A stretch of DNA of 64,000 nucleotides from Eledone cirrhosa (Eukaryota): the NCBI GenBank assembly GCA_964016885.1, contig OZ024741.1:102300001-102364000 (forward strand), written 5' to 3'. This document shows positions 37,789-51,143 of this stretch, one piece after another. Both the position numbers and the translations under genes were made by a program. The notes under the pieces were generated by a model. The model saw only the letters and a list, made by a program, of their open reading frames with translations, was not told where the DNA came from and made no database searches. Each line of letters starts with the position of its first letter. The stretch's first letter is position 1.

Positions 37789-37996
37789 TTATTGTTTCCT
37801 CCCGTTGCATTGTATGTCTACGCAATCTTTCAGATGGCGTATCTTTCAGATGGCGTAGACATACAATGCAACGGGAGGAAACACTAAAAAATTAAGGATG
37901 TCATGTCTGAGAAATATGCGCCATACAGCCTGTAGAATAAGCTCAAAGATTCTAAGGGATAAATCCGACCATTTATTAGCATTAAATTAAAAATCG

Positions 37997-38088
<92 letters not shown>

Positions 38089-38515
38089 GTATCATATATG
38101 TATCATATATGTATCATATATGATACATGTGTGTATTATGACTCGTGCACTGTTCATTTTACTGATGTTTGTGTATGAGTTGTGGTGCACCTGGGCACTG
38201 TACACAATATTTCATTATTATTATTATTATTATATCATGACTCATACACTGTTCATTTTCCTGACATTTGTACATTATTCTATGTACTATACATGCACCT
38301 TTGATGAGTTGTAGTGCACCTGAGCACTGTACACAATAATTTCATTATTATTATTATATATATAATAATAAGGGTTGACGGACCCAGCATATTTATCACT
38401 GCCAGTACCGGTTGTATCTCAGCACACTCAATGGGCAATGTAAGATACATTACCAGAGTATACACATAGTTATTTGCCTCAACACAACACACGTAAATCG
38501 GGTGCCTATAAGGTT

Positions 38516-38625
38516 CCAGGACTCGAGTTTCTGCAGCACTAATGCAGCAGTAAGGTGCACTGCACTATCTGTCTGCATATATTATGCAACAATGCACAAT
38601 CGGCTTATGCTACTTCATCAGCGGG
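38516..38625 (-). ncRNA. Type-I hammerhead motif with extended helix II
   Basis: CCCG-CTGATGA-AGTAGCA-(~70 nt)-TGCTGCA-GAAAC-TCGA-GTC-CTGG; palindromic helix III ACTCGAGT. Confidence 0.65.
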
Positions 38626-39718
38626 TATCGCCTAATCAATAACCAATCGATCAACATAATCCAAACACCGGCCCGCACCGGTCATGAGTGTTTGTGACAA
38701 CCGATAGGACTCTATCTCTCAACTAGCCACTGATTTATAAATTTTACGTGGGGTCGGGAAGCTAAAAAGAATCAATCTATTAGTTCCTGTCAGAAACACT
38801 CAGCCAACGTGTCTCACACACAAATTATCAAGGGGTGAAAAGATGGCTATTAGAAATAGCAGTTCACATTGATATAAAATAGAATGGTAGCATTCGGTTC
38901 ATGTCTCCAAGCCCCATGGCTAGAGGAAAGCGATGGTAACAATGGTAGTGCCAAGAACCTTTAACGGACATAAAATGCGATCATCCATTATATACCAATA
39001 TAGTAGCGAGCTGAAATGTGTCAGCCACGTGCGTAGATAACCAGTCTAATTCACAACTTATATATATATATATATATAAAATAAACACATCAAACAATTA
39101 CAGGGGATAATTTGTAAAGAATGTAAACACACATAGTTACGTAGGTAACATATTAATAATTAACGAGAAACTCAAATATAGATACCTGGCAATAAAGATT
39201 AATCTCATTTGTATATATTTAATTAAAGAAATATATTTCACCATTTATCGGCAAATCACTGATGTTAAATCCGGATCATCCGCAAAGGAGAAGATTTAAA
39301 TATCTGTGATTACACATTAAATGCAATTCTGGAAATGTCGATAAGTACGTCTGTTTTTTTTTTTTTAAATACACATCGCTCCGGCGTCAACCCAATGATC
39401 CGGGATTTAACATCTATGATTTGCCGATTAATGATGAAATATATTTCTTTATTTTATATATATACATATAGTGACGGACTGGCCAGATTGCCAGGTTGTC
39501 CAAGGGCAAGTGGGCCCCAGGGGACCCACGGTAGCATTACAAGAGCCCACAGCAGCATTGCAGGACCCACTGTAGTATTTTAGGGGCCAATGATTTGCTT
39601 TCAAAAAATACCTGAAATCTAAGGGAAAGAATAACATGAAAAAATAAATAAATAAAACAATTGAGCAAAGCATTTGGTCAAGCAATTCCTCAGGGAATTA
39701 ATAGAAACCAATATATAT

Positions 39719-39775
<57 letters not shown>

Positions 39776-39901
39776 AACATAAGAGCAAGAATGAAGTGTT
39801 CATTCTACTGACATGGCTATAAAATTGAGGCTTGTTTGCATAATTGCAAACGAATCGAATGTTATTAATATTCGAAAAACTCAGATTACATATATACATA
39901 T

Positions 39902-40228
39902 CTAAGGCGGGTAAAATTCCCGAGATCCATGGACGAGTTCTCTCCAGCGGTCTCTGTCCCTCATTATCGCTGCCATGTCCTGCGTCTCCAACAGACCAGT
40001 GTCTGTCCTTAGAGCATCAACATACGTTAACCTTGGTCTTCCTCTTCTAGTGTGTCCATGTAGCGGCTCCCAAAAAAGCACTGAGTGCAATGTCAACTCT
40101 GGATGTCGGTGAGCATGTCCAGCTAACCTCAGTCTCCTCTGTGTCACTTTTGAGCTGACTTTTCGGATGCTCCCATACAGCTCTGAGTTTTTCATCCTCA
40201 GTGTATACTGATTAATGTTAAGAGCCAT
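39902..40228 (-). mobile_element. RTE-clade LINE 3' fragment
   Basis: RRLRLAGHAHRHPE...WEPLHGHTRRGRPRLTYVD...DRDRWR. Confidence 0.8.
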
Positions 40229-40819
40229 ATATATATAAGTATATACCCTTTAAATTTTATATACTTCCGTAAGGTTGAGTAAAACTTTAGGCAGTATTCG
40301 GCTGCACTTACTAACAATCAGCCTACTCGCCGACAGGCACCAACCATAAACTTTCTGCCTTGCCAGGCGACGATTCTTAGCCATTTTGAATCCGTTTCTG
40401 GCGGGGATCATGTAAGAAAAATCTTTGTTCAATTGAGTTTATCTCTTGATGATTTCCAACCTCGTTGATTAATCCAAGATCGGATATATCCAAAAAGTGA
40501 ATGAAACCGCCGGGGGTAGAGATATTTTGATGATTTTGGTATCTTTATGTACGTTTCTTCTTTTCACTTTGATTTTGTACCTAATTATGTTTGGTTAACT
40601 ATATGTCTATTCAATTTCTATAGGCTATCAGAAATACTAGGTAAGTTTTCTGTAGCTGTGAGTCGCGGATAAAATGCTATATCATTTATCTATTGTTTCT
40701 TCATAAATATATATTTTAAACTTATAGCCTCGTTTAAATGATTTTTTGTGTGGTTGATTTATGCTGATTGGGAGAAGAAATACTGTATATATCTTATCTA
40801 ATGATTCTATGGACTTACT

Positions 40820-40860
<41 letters not shown>

Positions 40861-40864
<4 letters not shown>

Positions 40865-42030
40865 ATACAATAACAGAGATAGCTTAAAGCTAAACTCTGA
40901 CTGGTAACCATCTCACTCAACAAACATTAGGTTATATGTTAGTATAACCCAATTTAAGTGTTTGGGGTGCTAACTATATGTATTATGTGGAAAGCCAGTT
41001 GTATTATTTTATGAGATATAATTAAAGTTAAAATATATCTCTCTTTCCAAACAATTGTTTCATTATAAGTTTTCTACAAATTAGGAGAATGTTTCCAGTT
41101 TATGTAGAAGCCTAACATATATTCATGTAAGAATATATTTAGGTGGGCGTTTATAAATCATCAGTGGAAGCCCATTAAACTTTGATATAAGAAAAAATTC
41201 TTACCGCAGTTAAAAATCGTGTCTGCTAAGTTGCTCCCTCACGCATCGAATGACCGCCAAATTTGAAATTCCAGCAGTTTTTGACTGAGGAAGTATTATA
41301 GCGTCACGAAGCAGGAAGGGGAGATAACTAATACACGAGAAAAGAAAAAATAATATTCACGCGGGTTAATTAGTTTTTTCAAAAAACATTATCAATCCAA
41401 CGTGTTAAGAACTCAATTGAAATTAAAAAAATAAATAAATGCAAGCGTGTATTAATTACACACGCATATAGATATTTTCTTAGGCTAAAAACAGAAGTCG
41501 TACCCGAATAACAAACCGCATTTCATAACCGTAGTAAATTCGGAAAGTTACGCTTTAAAGGGCAATCGGGAATGTAAATCTCTGGCCGAATTAAGAGTAA
41601 AATATTAAATATACGTGGGTTAATTAGTTATTTCAAAACTAATATCAATTCCACGTGTTAAGAACTCAATTAATTAAAAAAAATAAAAGTATGTATGTAA
41701 TTATTTACACAGGCATATATATATTTTCTTAGGCTAAAAACAGAGAAGTGACAACTAAAAAACCATCATATCGCACAACAGTAATAAATACGGAAAGTCA
41801 TATTTTTAAGGTACCTGGAAATAAATACCTCTGGCCAATCAAGAGTAAAATATTTAATACAATAACAGAGATAGCTTAAAGCTAAACTCTGACTGGTAAC
41901 CATCTCACTCAACAAACATTAGGTTATATGTTAGTATAACCCAATTTAAGTGTTTGGGTGCTAACTATATGTATTATGTGGAAAGCCAGTTGTATTATTT
42001 TATGAGATATAATTAAAGTTAAAATATATC
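40861..42030 (-). mobile_element. PLE/retrozyme-like element: ~178-bp terminal direct repeats (992-nt period), internal ~250-bp tandem duplication and one HHR
   Basis: tttaatacaataacagag... at 40861 and 41853; 41360-41605 resembles 41612-41852. Flanked by TA repeats. Confidence 0.7.
41045..41169 (-). ncRNA. Type-I hammerhead motif with a ~95-nt helix-II insertion
   Basis: TTCCA-CTGATGA-TTTATAA-(long)-TTATAAT-GAAA-ACAATTG-TT-TGGAA. Confidence 0.65.
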
Positions 42031-42960
42031 TAAAGTTAAAATATATATAATTAAAGTTAATATATATATACATACATATAACTCATGTTACTATATGTGC
42101 TGATATGTTTTGATGAGCATATGAATGCGACTGGATTACACTTTACGGATGATCTACATATGTTTTAAGTTCTAGACCGGATTACCATCTACGGACAATC
42201 TACTTATATTTACCATCTACGGACGATCTACTTATATTTTAACTCTTCGCTCATCGGGGCATATGACACCGATTGGATTGACTTCTACGGTGGATTACAT
42301 ATATTGTGACTCCTCTCCAGATGTGCCTTTTACAGGGACTAGACCATATTTGTTGTGTATTATTTGTTTCAGCTTGATCATGCATTATCCCCGATTTGTT
42401 TGTGTTTGGCTTGTATTGATGCGGTGACTGTCTATGTGCAGGTTTAGCAACGCTGGTGCACGTAATTGCGTAACCTACTACTATATAATGATTATGTGTA
42501 CTATGGGGAGGAATAAAATCACTTTTGGACTTTCTGAAGGTACATTAGGGCCCTCTAAGTATTTCTATTACTCTAAGTCATGGAAAATGTAATCACCTGT
42601 TCTATATAGTGACCAACGCATAACTTCCTCTGGCTTTTGTGTGCTTTAATTTTTATTATTTTTTTTATTATTTATTTGACTTTTTTTATATTATTATTTT
42701 TCTTTTACTTTATTATTATTATAATATATATATATATTTTAACTATCGTTAAATGCTTTATTTGTTTCTGTGTGCCCTCACGTGCTGCCGCCTCTTGTGA
42801 GAAAATCTGCCTATATCCTCATATGTAGCTGTAATGTTGAATAACAACCCCATTTCGCATTCTCTCCATCCTTTCAATTTCCGATCTCCCTCTTATTATC
42901 CTGTACTGTATATCTAATGTTCATGTGACTAAGCTTGGTAGAGCTTATACTCAGCACTGT

Positions 42961-43030
42961 ATTTTTGTTTATAAAGCTCTGATGATACCTGTCCCATGGT
43001 ATGGATGAAACATTGTCAGCAAATAAAAAT
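42961..43030 (+). ncRNA. Type-I hammerhead ribozyme at the 3' end of a PLE-like element
   Basis: GCT-CTGATGA-TACCTGTCCCATGGTATGGAT-GAAAC-ATT-GTC-AGC. Helix I can extend via tttttgttt/aaataaaaa. Followed by AATAAA and (CA)n(TA)n. Confidence 0.75.
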
Positions 43031-43060
43031 TGTATGAGTATGTAGGCGTTCTTTGACTTC

Positions 43061-43172
<112 letters not shown>

Positions 43173-43255
43173 TTACACACGAACTACTGACCACCAAATA
43201 ATATTTGGTGTCAAAGGTTTAAAGACATCAGTCAAGTCAATTAGTGGTGAAGGTG

Positions 43256-43324
<69 letters not shown>

Positions 43325-43365
43325 CGTGTGTGTGTGTATATAGATAGATACACACGCACACACAC

Positions 43366-43439
<74 letters not shown>

Positions 43440-43440
43440 C

Positions 43441-44445
43441 TCTATATATAAAACAGAGGATGTCTGTCTGTATAAATCCCTAAAACTCGAGAAGTACCCG
43501 ACCGATCTTTTTTAATATAAACGCTATTTAAACATCTTAAGTAGCGTATAATATTTCGTTAAAAATTTGGTTTATTTAACATAGGAAACAACGCTTATTT
43601 ACTTTTAAGCAGGACCATTTTCGGGGTTATTGAGGAAACGAGGAGGACCTTAAAATTTTTGTCGGCGCCCTGCTGCCGCTTCGTGCTTTCATCACGCGCA
43701 AATCCGGGCCCTGTGCACGTTGCTGTGTTACTGACAACGTAAAACTCACGTCTGTGCTACTTTTACTAAGACCCCTTTTGTTGCACCTACACCGCAGTGT
43801 GAAGACCCTGCGCAAGTACGCCGAACAGCGGTTGTGCTAATTCCATGGACACCCCTTTTGTCGCACCTTTGTTGCTGTGTAAATGCAGTGCTACCAGTGC
43901 CGCCCATCGTTTGTGCTAATTGCACTATGACCCCCTTCTGCTGCAGCTGCGTTGCCACGCTGATTTCGTCATCTCAATATCCCTACTTAAACGTACATCC
44001 CTACTTGGTTTTCACACAATTGACTACGTTGCTCCTTCAGACTGACGTGTGTTCCCCATCCATGACATAATTCGTGAGCAGACTTACGTCATACATCGCC
44101 CCACAACACTTACTCCTTTCGGATACAGGATTTCCGCAATCAGCCCACTGTCCGGATCGATAAAACTCGAAAAGTACCTAACCGATTTTCTCCAAATGGA
44201 AGACAAATCATGCTTTAAGATTTAATACGCTTAAAGAGTATCCAGCTGATTTTCTTCAGATTTCGCACATGCATGCAGAGGTTTCCGATTCGGGCCTGCT
44301 GGTGTTTTACGTTTCCAGTAGATGAACAATCATTCCCTGAGAATAAGTGAATTCAAAAAGTACACAGTTACATTCCTCAATCTTTGCATATGCGTGTTGC
44401 TATTTCACGTTTCCTATCCCGTGCAACACCGAGTCCTGCTGCTAG
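43441..44445 (+). mobile_element. Non-autonomous Helitron
   Basis: 5' TCTATATATAAAAC...tgtctgtctg; 3' CCCGTGCAACACCGAG degenerate hairpin then CTAG|T. Confidence 0.8.
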
Positions 44446-44662
44446 TATATATATATTGAGGGAGTGAACAGAAGTGAAACATGAACATGTTTCATTTCTG
44501 TTTATTTCTGTGTATTTGAAAGCATATATAATATGTTTATTATATGTTAACATATTATATATGCTTTCAAATACACCTTTATTATGAATCACGCTGTGTC
44601 AGTGCTACTGCTTATATATATATATAACAAAATAAGATGCTGAGGTTACATATATCGTTTAA

Positions 44663-44750
44663 TCATAATAATTATTTCCACAGTTCTCCATGCAATCGAG
44701 ATGTCCTTCATGCATTTGCTGTTGATTATGAGAACGGTTTCCTCAGATGA
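44663..44750 (-). ncRNA. Type-I hammerhead motif of the PLE
   Basis: TCAT-CTGAGGA-AACCGTTCTC-(~40 nt)-GAGAACTGTG-GAAA-TAATTA-TT-ATGA; palindromic helix III. Confidence 0.65.
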
Positions 44751-45539
44751 AAATCGATATATTTGATATGTCGCTGGCAGGAAAACACACATCATAATGC
44801 CTGTACGCCCAGCATACAAATGAGCTCCCTGAAGGGTTTGCCAGCCGTCACGTTTGTTAGAAAAAAGCTATCAACGAAAAAAGACGAAAAGAACGAAGAA
44901 CTGTGAGCAGCCAAAACCCAGTAGACAGTTGAAGCAATAAAAGAGGCTTTGAGGGGTGGGGGGTGGGAGGGGGGGGGGGGGTATATATTTAATTGACAAA
45001 TACCTATAGACAACAACTACAACAACAACAACAATGACAATAACATCAAACCGCCGACCAAAGTTGTCCACACTAGTCGCAATAGTCGTGCTGATACCAC
45101 CACCCTATTGACAACAACAGCGAAAGCAACACCTACAGTAAAACACTTACAACGACAACAACAGCAAAAACACAGACCATCGTCGTGTATACAGGTCCCA
45201 ACTACAGTGGCAACAATACTATCAAAAGGGCTGTTAGGCCATGGAAGAGAGTTACGGGAGCGAAAGTAGGGACAGGAACAAGTCGATAAGAAACGAGAAC
45301 ACATATAGAGAACACAATAATAAAAGAACGGGACAAAAATACATAAAAAACAACAGTAGGTATATAAACAGAGGAATAGGGAATAAAGGACAAGAAACAT
45401 GTACACACAGAGACTCCAAGTGTGCATACAAGATATCCAAGGTTCGCCTGACGCTGGAGTTGCCGCGTGGGCATGCCCGGCTTCCACGGACAAGTTTGCA
45501 ACGTTGTCAGTCTGTACAGTTTAAGGAAGGTTCCAGAAG

Positions 45540-45925
45540 ATCTGTGGAGGCAGGTGCTGAAGAGGTTACTCCTTTTATTGTTAACTTGAGCTCCCTCTTG
45601 ATTAGTTCCATAATCTCGGTGACACACAAATCGCACGATTCATGTAGGGTTGGGCCGAGGCTACCTTGGACCACGACAAGGTGAATTCTACGTTATAATG
45701 TTTGAGACGCCACACTTGTTCCGAGAGGGCGGTGCTGTGTTTCTTATCAGCCCTCCTAAAGGTGTGGCAGTGATTGTATCAGCGTTCCTTAAATTTATTA
45801 GCTATGGCTCCGATATAGGTGAAGGTATGGTTGTTGGTATTCACCCTAAATTCATATACGAAGCCACTGCCGAGGCACCTACCGTTCAGGGGGAAGTTAC
45901 CGGGGTTTCTACAACTACAGCCCGG
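45540..45925 (-). pseudogene. PLE GIY-YIG endonuclease domain (stop and frameshifts)
   Basis: CSCRNPGNFPLNGRCLGSGFVYEF...TYIGAIANKFKER*YNH...STALSEQVWRLK...SW...AQPY / CDLCVTE / NKRSNLFSTCLH. Confidence 0.85.
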
Positions 45926-46120
45926 AGGTGTGTTGCTGCCCGGATCTCCGGATCGTGTTGCATGATTCCCCGGTCCAAGATGTTACCAACAGAGGAAGAG
46001 GTATTTGCGTAGTGCGTCTCCTAATGGTTGTTGTTTCCTCTGGAGTTGCGGACGTTTTTTAATCTACTGCTGTTCAAGGCTTCTATATTTTGTGCTAGGT
46101 TTCTAGTTGTGGAGTAGGAC

Positions 46121-46214
<94 letters not shown>

Positions 46215-46218
<4 letters not shown>

Positions 46219-46968
46219 CGGGTAAAATTCCCGAGATCCATGGACAAGTTCTCTCCAGCGGGCCCTGTCTCTCATTATCGCTGCAATGTCCTGTGTCCCC
46301 AACAGACCAGTGTCTGTCCTTAGGGCATCAACATACGTTAACCTTGGTCTTCCTCTTCCAGTGTGTCCAGGTAGGGGCTCCCACAGGAGCACTGAGTGCA
46401 ATGTCAACTCTGGATGTCGCTGAGCATTTCCAGCTAACCTCCGTCTCCTCTGTGTCACTTTTGAGCTGACTTTTGGGATGCTCCCATACAGCTCTGAGTT
46501 TTTCATCCTCAGTGTATACTATTGTATGCGCCTTGCACTGGAGAAACACCAGGACTCTGGCGTTACTGTAGCACCGGCTCAGAGCAGGAGAGTTAAGGCG
46601 AAAAAGATATCGGATGCTGAATTTGCCGACGACATAGTTTTGGTGACAAATACAGTGAAGTAGTCAGACGATTTGATGCAGGAGGTTGAGATTGTGTCGA
46701 TGAGTGTGGGGCTGAGAATGAATGAGATTAAGAGAAAATATCTGGTAGAGAATGTTGAGAAGCCAGAGGGGATCACTAATGTAGGCGGGAAGCCGCTAGA
46801 ATTGGTTGAGGACTGCCTGTATTTGGGAGCAAAGATTGGGAATACGGAAGATGATGTGGTTGAGAGTAAGAGCAAAGCCTGGGCGGCGTGCCACAGCTTG
46901 AGATCGGTGTGGAAGTCGGACCTTCGTAAAGACCTGAAATTCCGCCTCTTCATTGCTGTAGTGGAGTC
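46215..46968. mobile_element. RTE-clade LINE with a 5' inversion
   Basis: 46215-46518 on the minus strand is the 3' end (same family as 39902-40228). 46519-46968 on the plus strand is the upstream RT part (AEFADDIVL, YLGAKI, FRLFIAVVES). Confidence 0.8.
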
Positions 46969-46970
46969 TG

Positions 46971-47195
46971 CTCGATATGCTGATTTTGAGCATGACTAGC
47001 TAGAATTAATAGTGGTAGTGCCAGTGTAGTGCGATACATAAGAGAATGTATTTCATGCAAAAATAAGAAGTTAACGCTAAGAAGAAGTTATAGTTTATAT
47101 TATTTTTGCATGAAATACATTCTCTTATCTATCGCACTACACTGGCACTACCACTATTAATTCTAGGTAGTCATGCTCAAAATCAGCATATCGAG
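46971..47195. repeat. Fold-back/MITE-like palindrome with ~95-bp arms
   Basis: ctcgatatgctgattttgagcatgacta...catgcaaaaataa / ttatttttgcatg...tcaaaatcagcatatcgag. Confidence 0.8.
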
Positions 47196-47443
47196 GAGAT
47201 GTTATTTTTATACTTATTCTTGTTTCAGAACCAAGAAAAAACAGGCAAACAAAAAAAAAAGAAAGTCACAGAGGATGGATAAAAATACGGGAACGCTAGC
47301 GACTGGTGTTTTCACATGGTTACAGAGCTATCTATGACAGGATCATAGCTTAACACTTTCGTAGTGAAACGTATATATATATATATATTTATTATATATA
47401 AAAATATGTAAAAATATTTTGTTTTCGTATACACACCTCTACT

Positions 47444-47483
<40 letters not shown>

Positions 47484-47598
47484 GCACATATTTATATATC
47501 ACCCCAGTCTCAAGAGCGTGAAACTAATAAACCTTTGTTCGTACTGCCTCTCTGTTTTGTTCCCGTTCAATTTTTTACTATATATATATGTATATATG

Positions 47599-47643
<45 letters not shown>

Positions 47644-48886
47644 GCATATATACATACACACACATATATACATACACACACACTCACACACACATACGCA
47701 CACACGCACGCACACACACATATATATAATAGTGAATATAGATCATATTTGTTTCGTGAGGAGCAAAAAATATCTGTGTCGTGTCAAATATAGGAAATAC
47801 ATTTTCGAAACATTGATGGAAAGATTGTTTAAATAAGAAAAGAGGCCCTTCACACATCAAGAAAATATAACAAATATAGAAATAAAATAATTGAATAAAT
47901 ATGCATATATATATATGTATATATATATACGTGTGTGTGTGTATGCGGGTGTGTGAGCGTCGTGTGTGTATGTGTGTGTATATATATATAATCATTTAAG
48001 CAGATTTGGGAAAGAAAATATTTGTACATTGATCAAACCGGATTTTATTTTAAAAAAATGAAAAAATAGATTACGTTTTCTAAATAATCAATATGTTGTC
48101 ACTGTGTGAAATCGAACCATTTAGCAATAATTTGTCAAATATTTTATCTTGACACTATTTCCATCGTATGGTCTTTCACATTAATTTTTATTTCATAAGA
48201 TTAGAATTATAAAACGCTCAATAATGTCAGTATTTATTATAGAACTGCCTTATATAAAACAACCTGAATATAAAAATATATTTCATTTTATATTGGTGTC
48301 TTTATTTATTTACTTCGCATTTATAAAATCGAATATTCGCTTAATATGTTTATACTAAATATTGATTTCTTTATTTTTTCTGAAGTATCTAGAACATCAT
48401 TAATTAATTAATGAATTAAGTTACACCAGGTGTTGAAATTTAAAGGTGTATTGTTACATATCATTCTACTAGGGTTGGTTTATTTAATTATTTTATTCTA
48501 TCTTCCTACTTGGTATTTATCTATCTATTTAGGAAGTGTAATTGATGAAATCTGTCAAATGTAAGCTAAGTTTGTATTATCCATATTTTGTCTTCTATGT
48601 AATTTATAATTTTATAAAATTTTCAGGTTTCTTTTCAGCGCCTCTCCCACTCTATCTTCTGGGGTAACGCATTGATAATATCATTTGCTCGGGCTTTGAA
48701 GCAACATTGGTGCTTTGAAAAGTACATGAGATGGCAGTTCTATCAATTAATGTTATTTTTATGCTTTCTAAATCAAGTTTGTCACATAGACAGACCTGCC
48801 AACTTCTTAAAGCCCAAACGAGGAGTACCATGAAAAAAGGTGCCCCAAAACAGGGAAAAATGAGCAAAATGGGGAGATTTTACATA

Positions 48887-49070
48887 ATTGTTTCTACTTT
48901 TGGCACAAGGCCAGCAATTTCCCAGTACATTACTGGTACTTTATTTTATCGACCCCGTAAGGATGAAAGGCAAAGTTAACCTCGGTGGGATTTGAACTCA
49001 GACCGTAAAGGGACGTAACTATGCTAGAAAGCATGGCGTCCAACCCTCTCCCGATACTGCCAATTCACCG
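48887..49070 (-). mobile_element. SINE family A
   Basis: Reverse complement of the family consensus. Confidence 0.85.
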
Positions 49071-49689
49071 ATTTTACATAATCATAGCTATACTCATTTT
49101 CACAAGAGAAAACATCCCTCACCCACCCCACGGGGAGAGTTGAGAGGTCTGCATAGAACTTCAGTGGTTGGTAGTGGTTGTAAAATCGCAGAAGAGAAGA
49201 AACTCGACTGTCATAACATATAACAGAATTTCTGCTAACGCTAGGGAAGATAAACCACAATATTTTCGATGAATAAGGCCGCAAAATATTAATTAGCTAC
49301 CTTTGTTAAATCCCACAGCAGATGTAAGGTGGAGAATTAACAGCGACGTTAGTACGTCGGAGAATGTTTTGCGATATACGTTGTAGCTCTCTGCACTCAA
49401 TTTTCAAATGACAACGAGATCATATTAGCCTTTCCGCCTATCACGTAAAGTAAATAACGTGTCAATCCAATACTGTCGATTATTCCTCTATCTTTTGCAC
49501 TTCTTTCCCAATTCATCCGGAAATAAAAATCGGCTGTGTTCAGGCATAGAGATAGATGTAACCGCCAAGGTTATATTCCTAATATACGTCATATGCCTAG
49601 ACGGTGTATCTACGATTCCATAATAAATAATATTCCCTTGGTTGAACAGATGGATAGAGACCAGCTGTTCACTGAGTGAGTAATCATAT

Positions 49690-49862
49690 ACACATCTGGC
49701 GCACTGAATTACAAGTACAGTTCATCCGACGGGATTCCAAACAGTTTCCGTTTACTCAATTTCACTCACAAGGCATGAGTCGACCCTACGCAAATGATAT
49801 TTGCTTAAAATGCTACTTAGTGGGATCGAACCCAAGATCTAAACCTCTTAACCATACGCCCA
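49690..49862 (-). mobile_element. Diverged tRNA-derived SINE
   Basis: Minus strand ggcgtatggttaagag...gggttcgatcccact...gccttgtgagtgaa. Confidence 0.5.
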
Positions 49863-50196
49863 TGTCACGTCCACATCATATGCCATGGACATAGAATGAA
49901 TATCAGATCCACAGACCCTTTGTTTGTGATAAATAAAATAAATAAATATTATTGTAAGAAAACTTTTACAAATGCCTTACTACTGGAATGCGTCCGCGTT
50001 GAAATATTGTGAGAAACTAACGTAATTTATTAATAATTACCAAATTATACTGCATTCTGTGTAACCTTCCCTTCATAATAAATATGGTTTTATAAATATA
50101 GTTTCCATTTATTTAATATCATTGTATATATATATATATATACATATATGTACACACATACATATAAACATATATATACATGTATATTTATAACAC

Positions 50197-50229
<33 letters not shown>

Positions 50230-51143
50230 GTATGTATATATGTATAGATATAATGTATGTTTGGGTGTGTGTATGTCTTTGTGTGTTACAAAATTAAAAA
50301 GATCGAATCGGCTTATCAAACAATATACACATGTAAATTATTCTATAATATTATTATAAGTGCATCGAAATTAAGTCAAGTGGGGAAAAGTTAAATCGAT
50401 TCCAAATATAATCTTTAAGAATAAATCGAATTTTAGAATCCAGGTTTTACTTATTGGGGAATGTGTATTATTGAATTAATGCATAGCACAGTTTTAACAA
50501 AATGAATGTAATTTATAGAAATCATAGAGTTTATATAACTGAACCAATAACAACAGCAGCAATAGCAACAATAACATAAAAAAACACAACAACGATGAGG
50601 ACGACCACAACAACAACGCAAAGAGGTAAATGTAGTGAAATAAATGGTGTTGCTGTTATCGAGTTTAGGCAACATATAATAGAGTCCCTCTTATTTCTCA
50701 GTTGCCTGGCTTAAGCTTTCGAAATTTCAGAGTTGTTAGAGGCATATTGTCAAGACATAATACACCTAGGAGTAGATTATTAGATGTATATAGTATAATA
50801 GTCAATTGTATATATTCACAAACAGCACGATAGAGAAAAGAAAAAAAGAAGAGGGGAATACAAATAGAAACACTATTTTGCTTCACACGTTTTTTGAAAA
50901 CGATATTGATATTTGAAAAAGATTCTGAATTTGTTCTTGGCTTGTAGTAGAGATAAGAAAGCAGAAAATGTAGATTATTTTTTCAAATCATATTTTCATT
51001 TTTTGAATTTCTTATTATGCGTATGTATGTGTATGTGTATATGTATGCATGTATGTATATTTGTATGTATGTATGTATGTATGTATGTATGTATGTATGT
51101 ATGTATGTATGTATGTATGTATGTATGTATGTATGTATGTATG

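Larger units (their letters stand above)
44620..46122 (-). mobile_element. 5'-truncated Penelope-like element (GIY-YIG endonuclease end, 3' UTR and HHR)
   Basis: Manual translation gives SYSTTRNLAQNIEALN, then a GIY-YIG domain. HHR at 44663-44750. (TA)n on both sides. Confidence 0.85.

Noticed and set aside
45241-45684. 147-aa plus-strand ORF
   Set aside because: Antisense to the PLE endonuclease and UTR; no domain features.
45758-45800. In-frame TGA in the GIY-YIG domain as possible selenocysteine
   Set aside because: Not at a Cys position (likely TGG to TGA), the copy has frameshifts, and no SECIS is evident.
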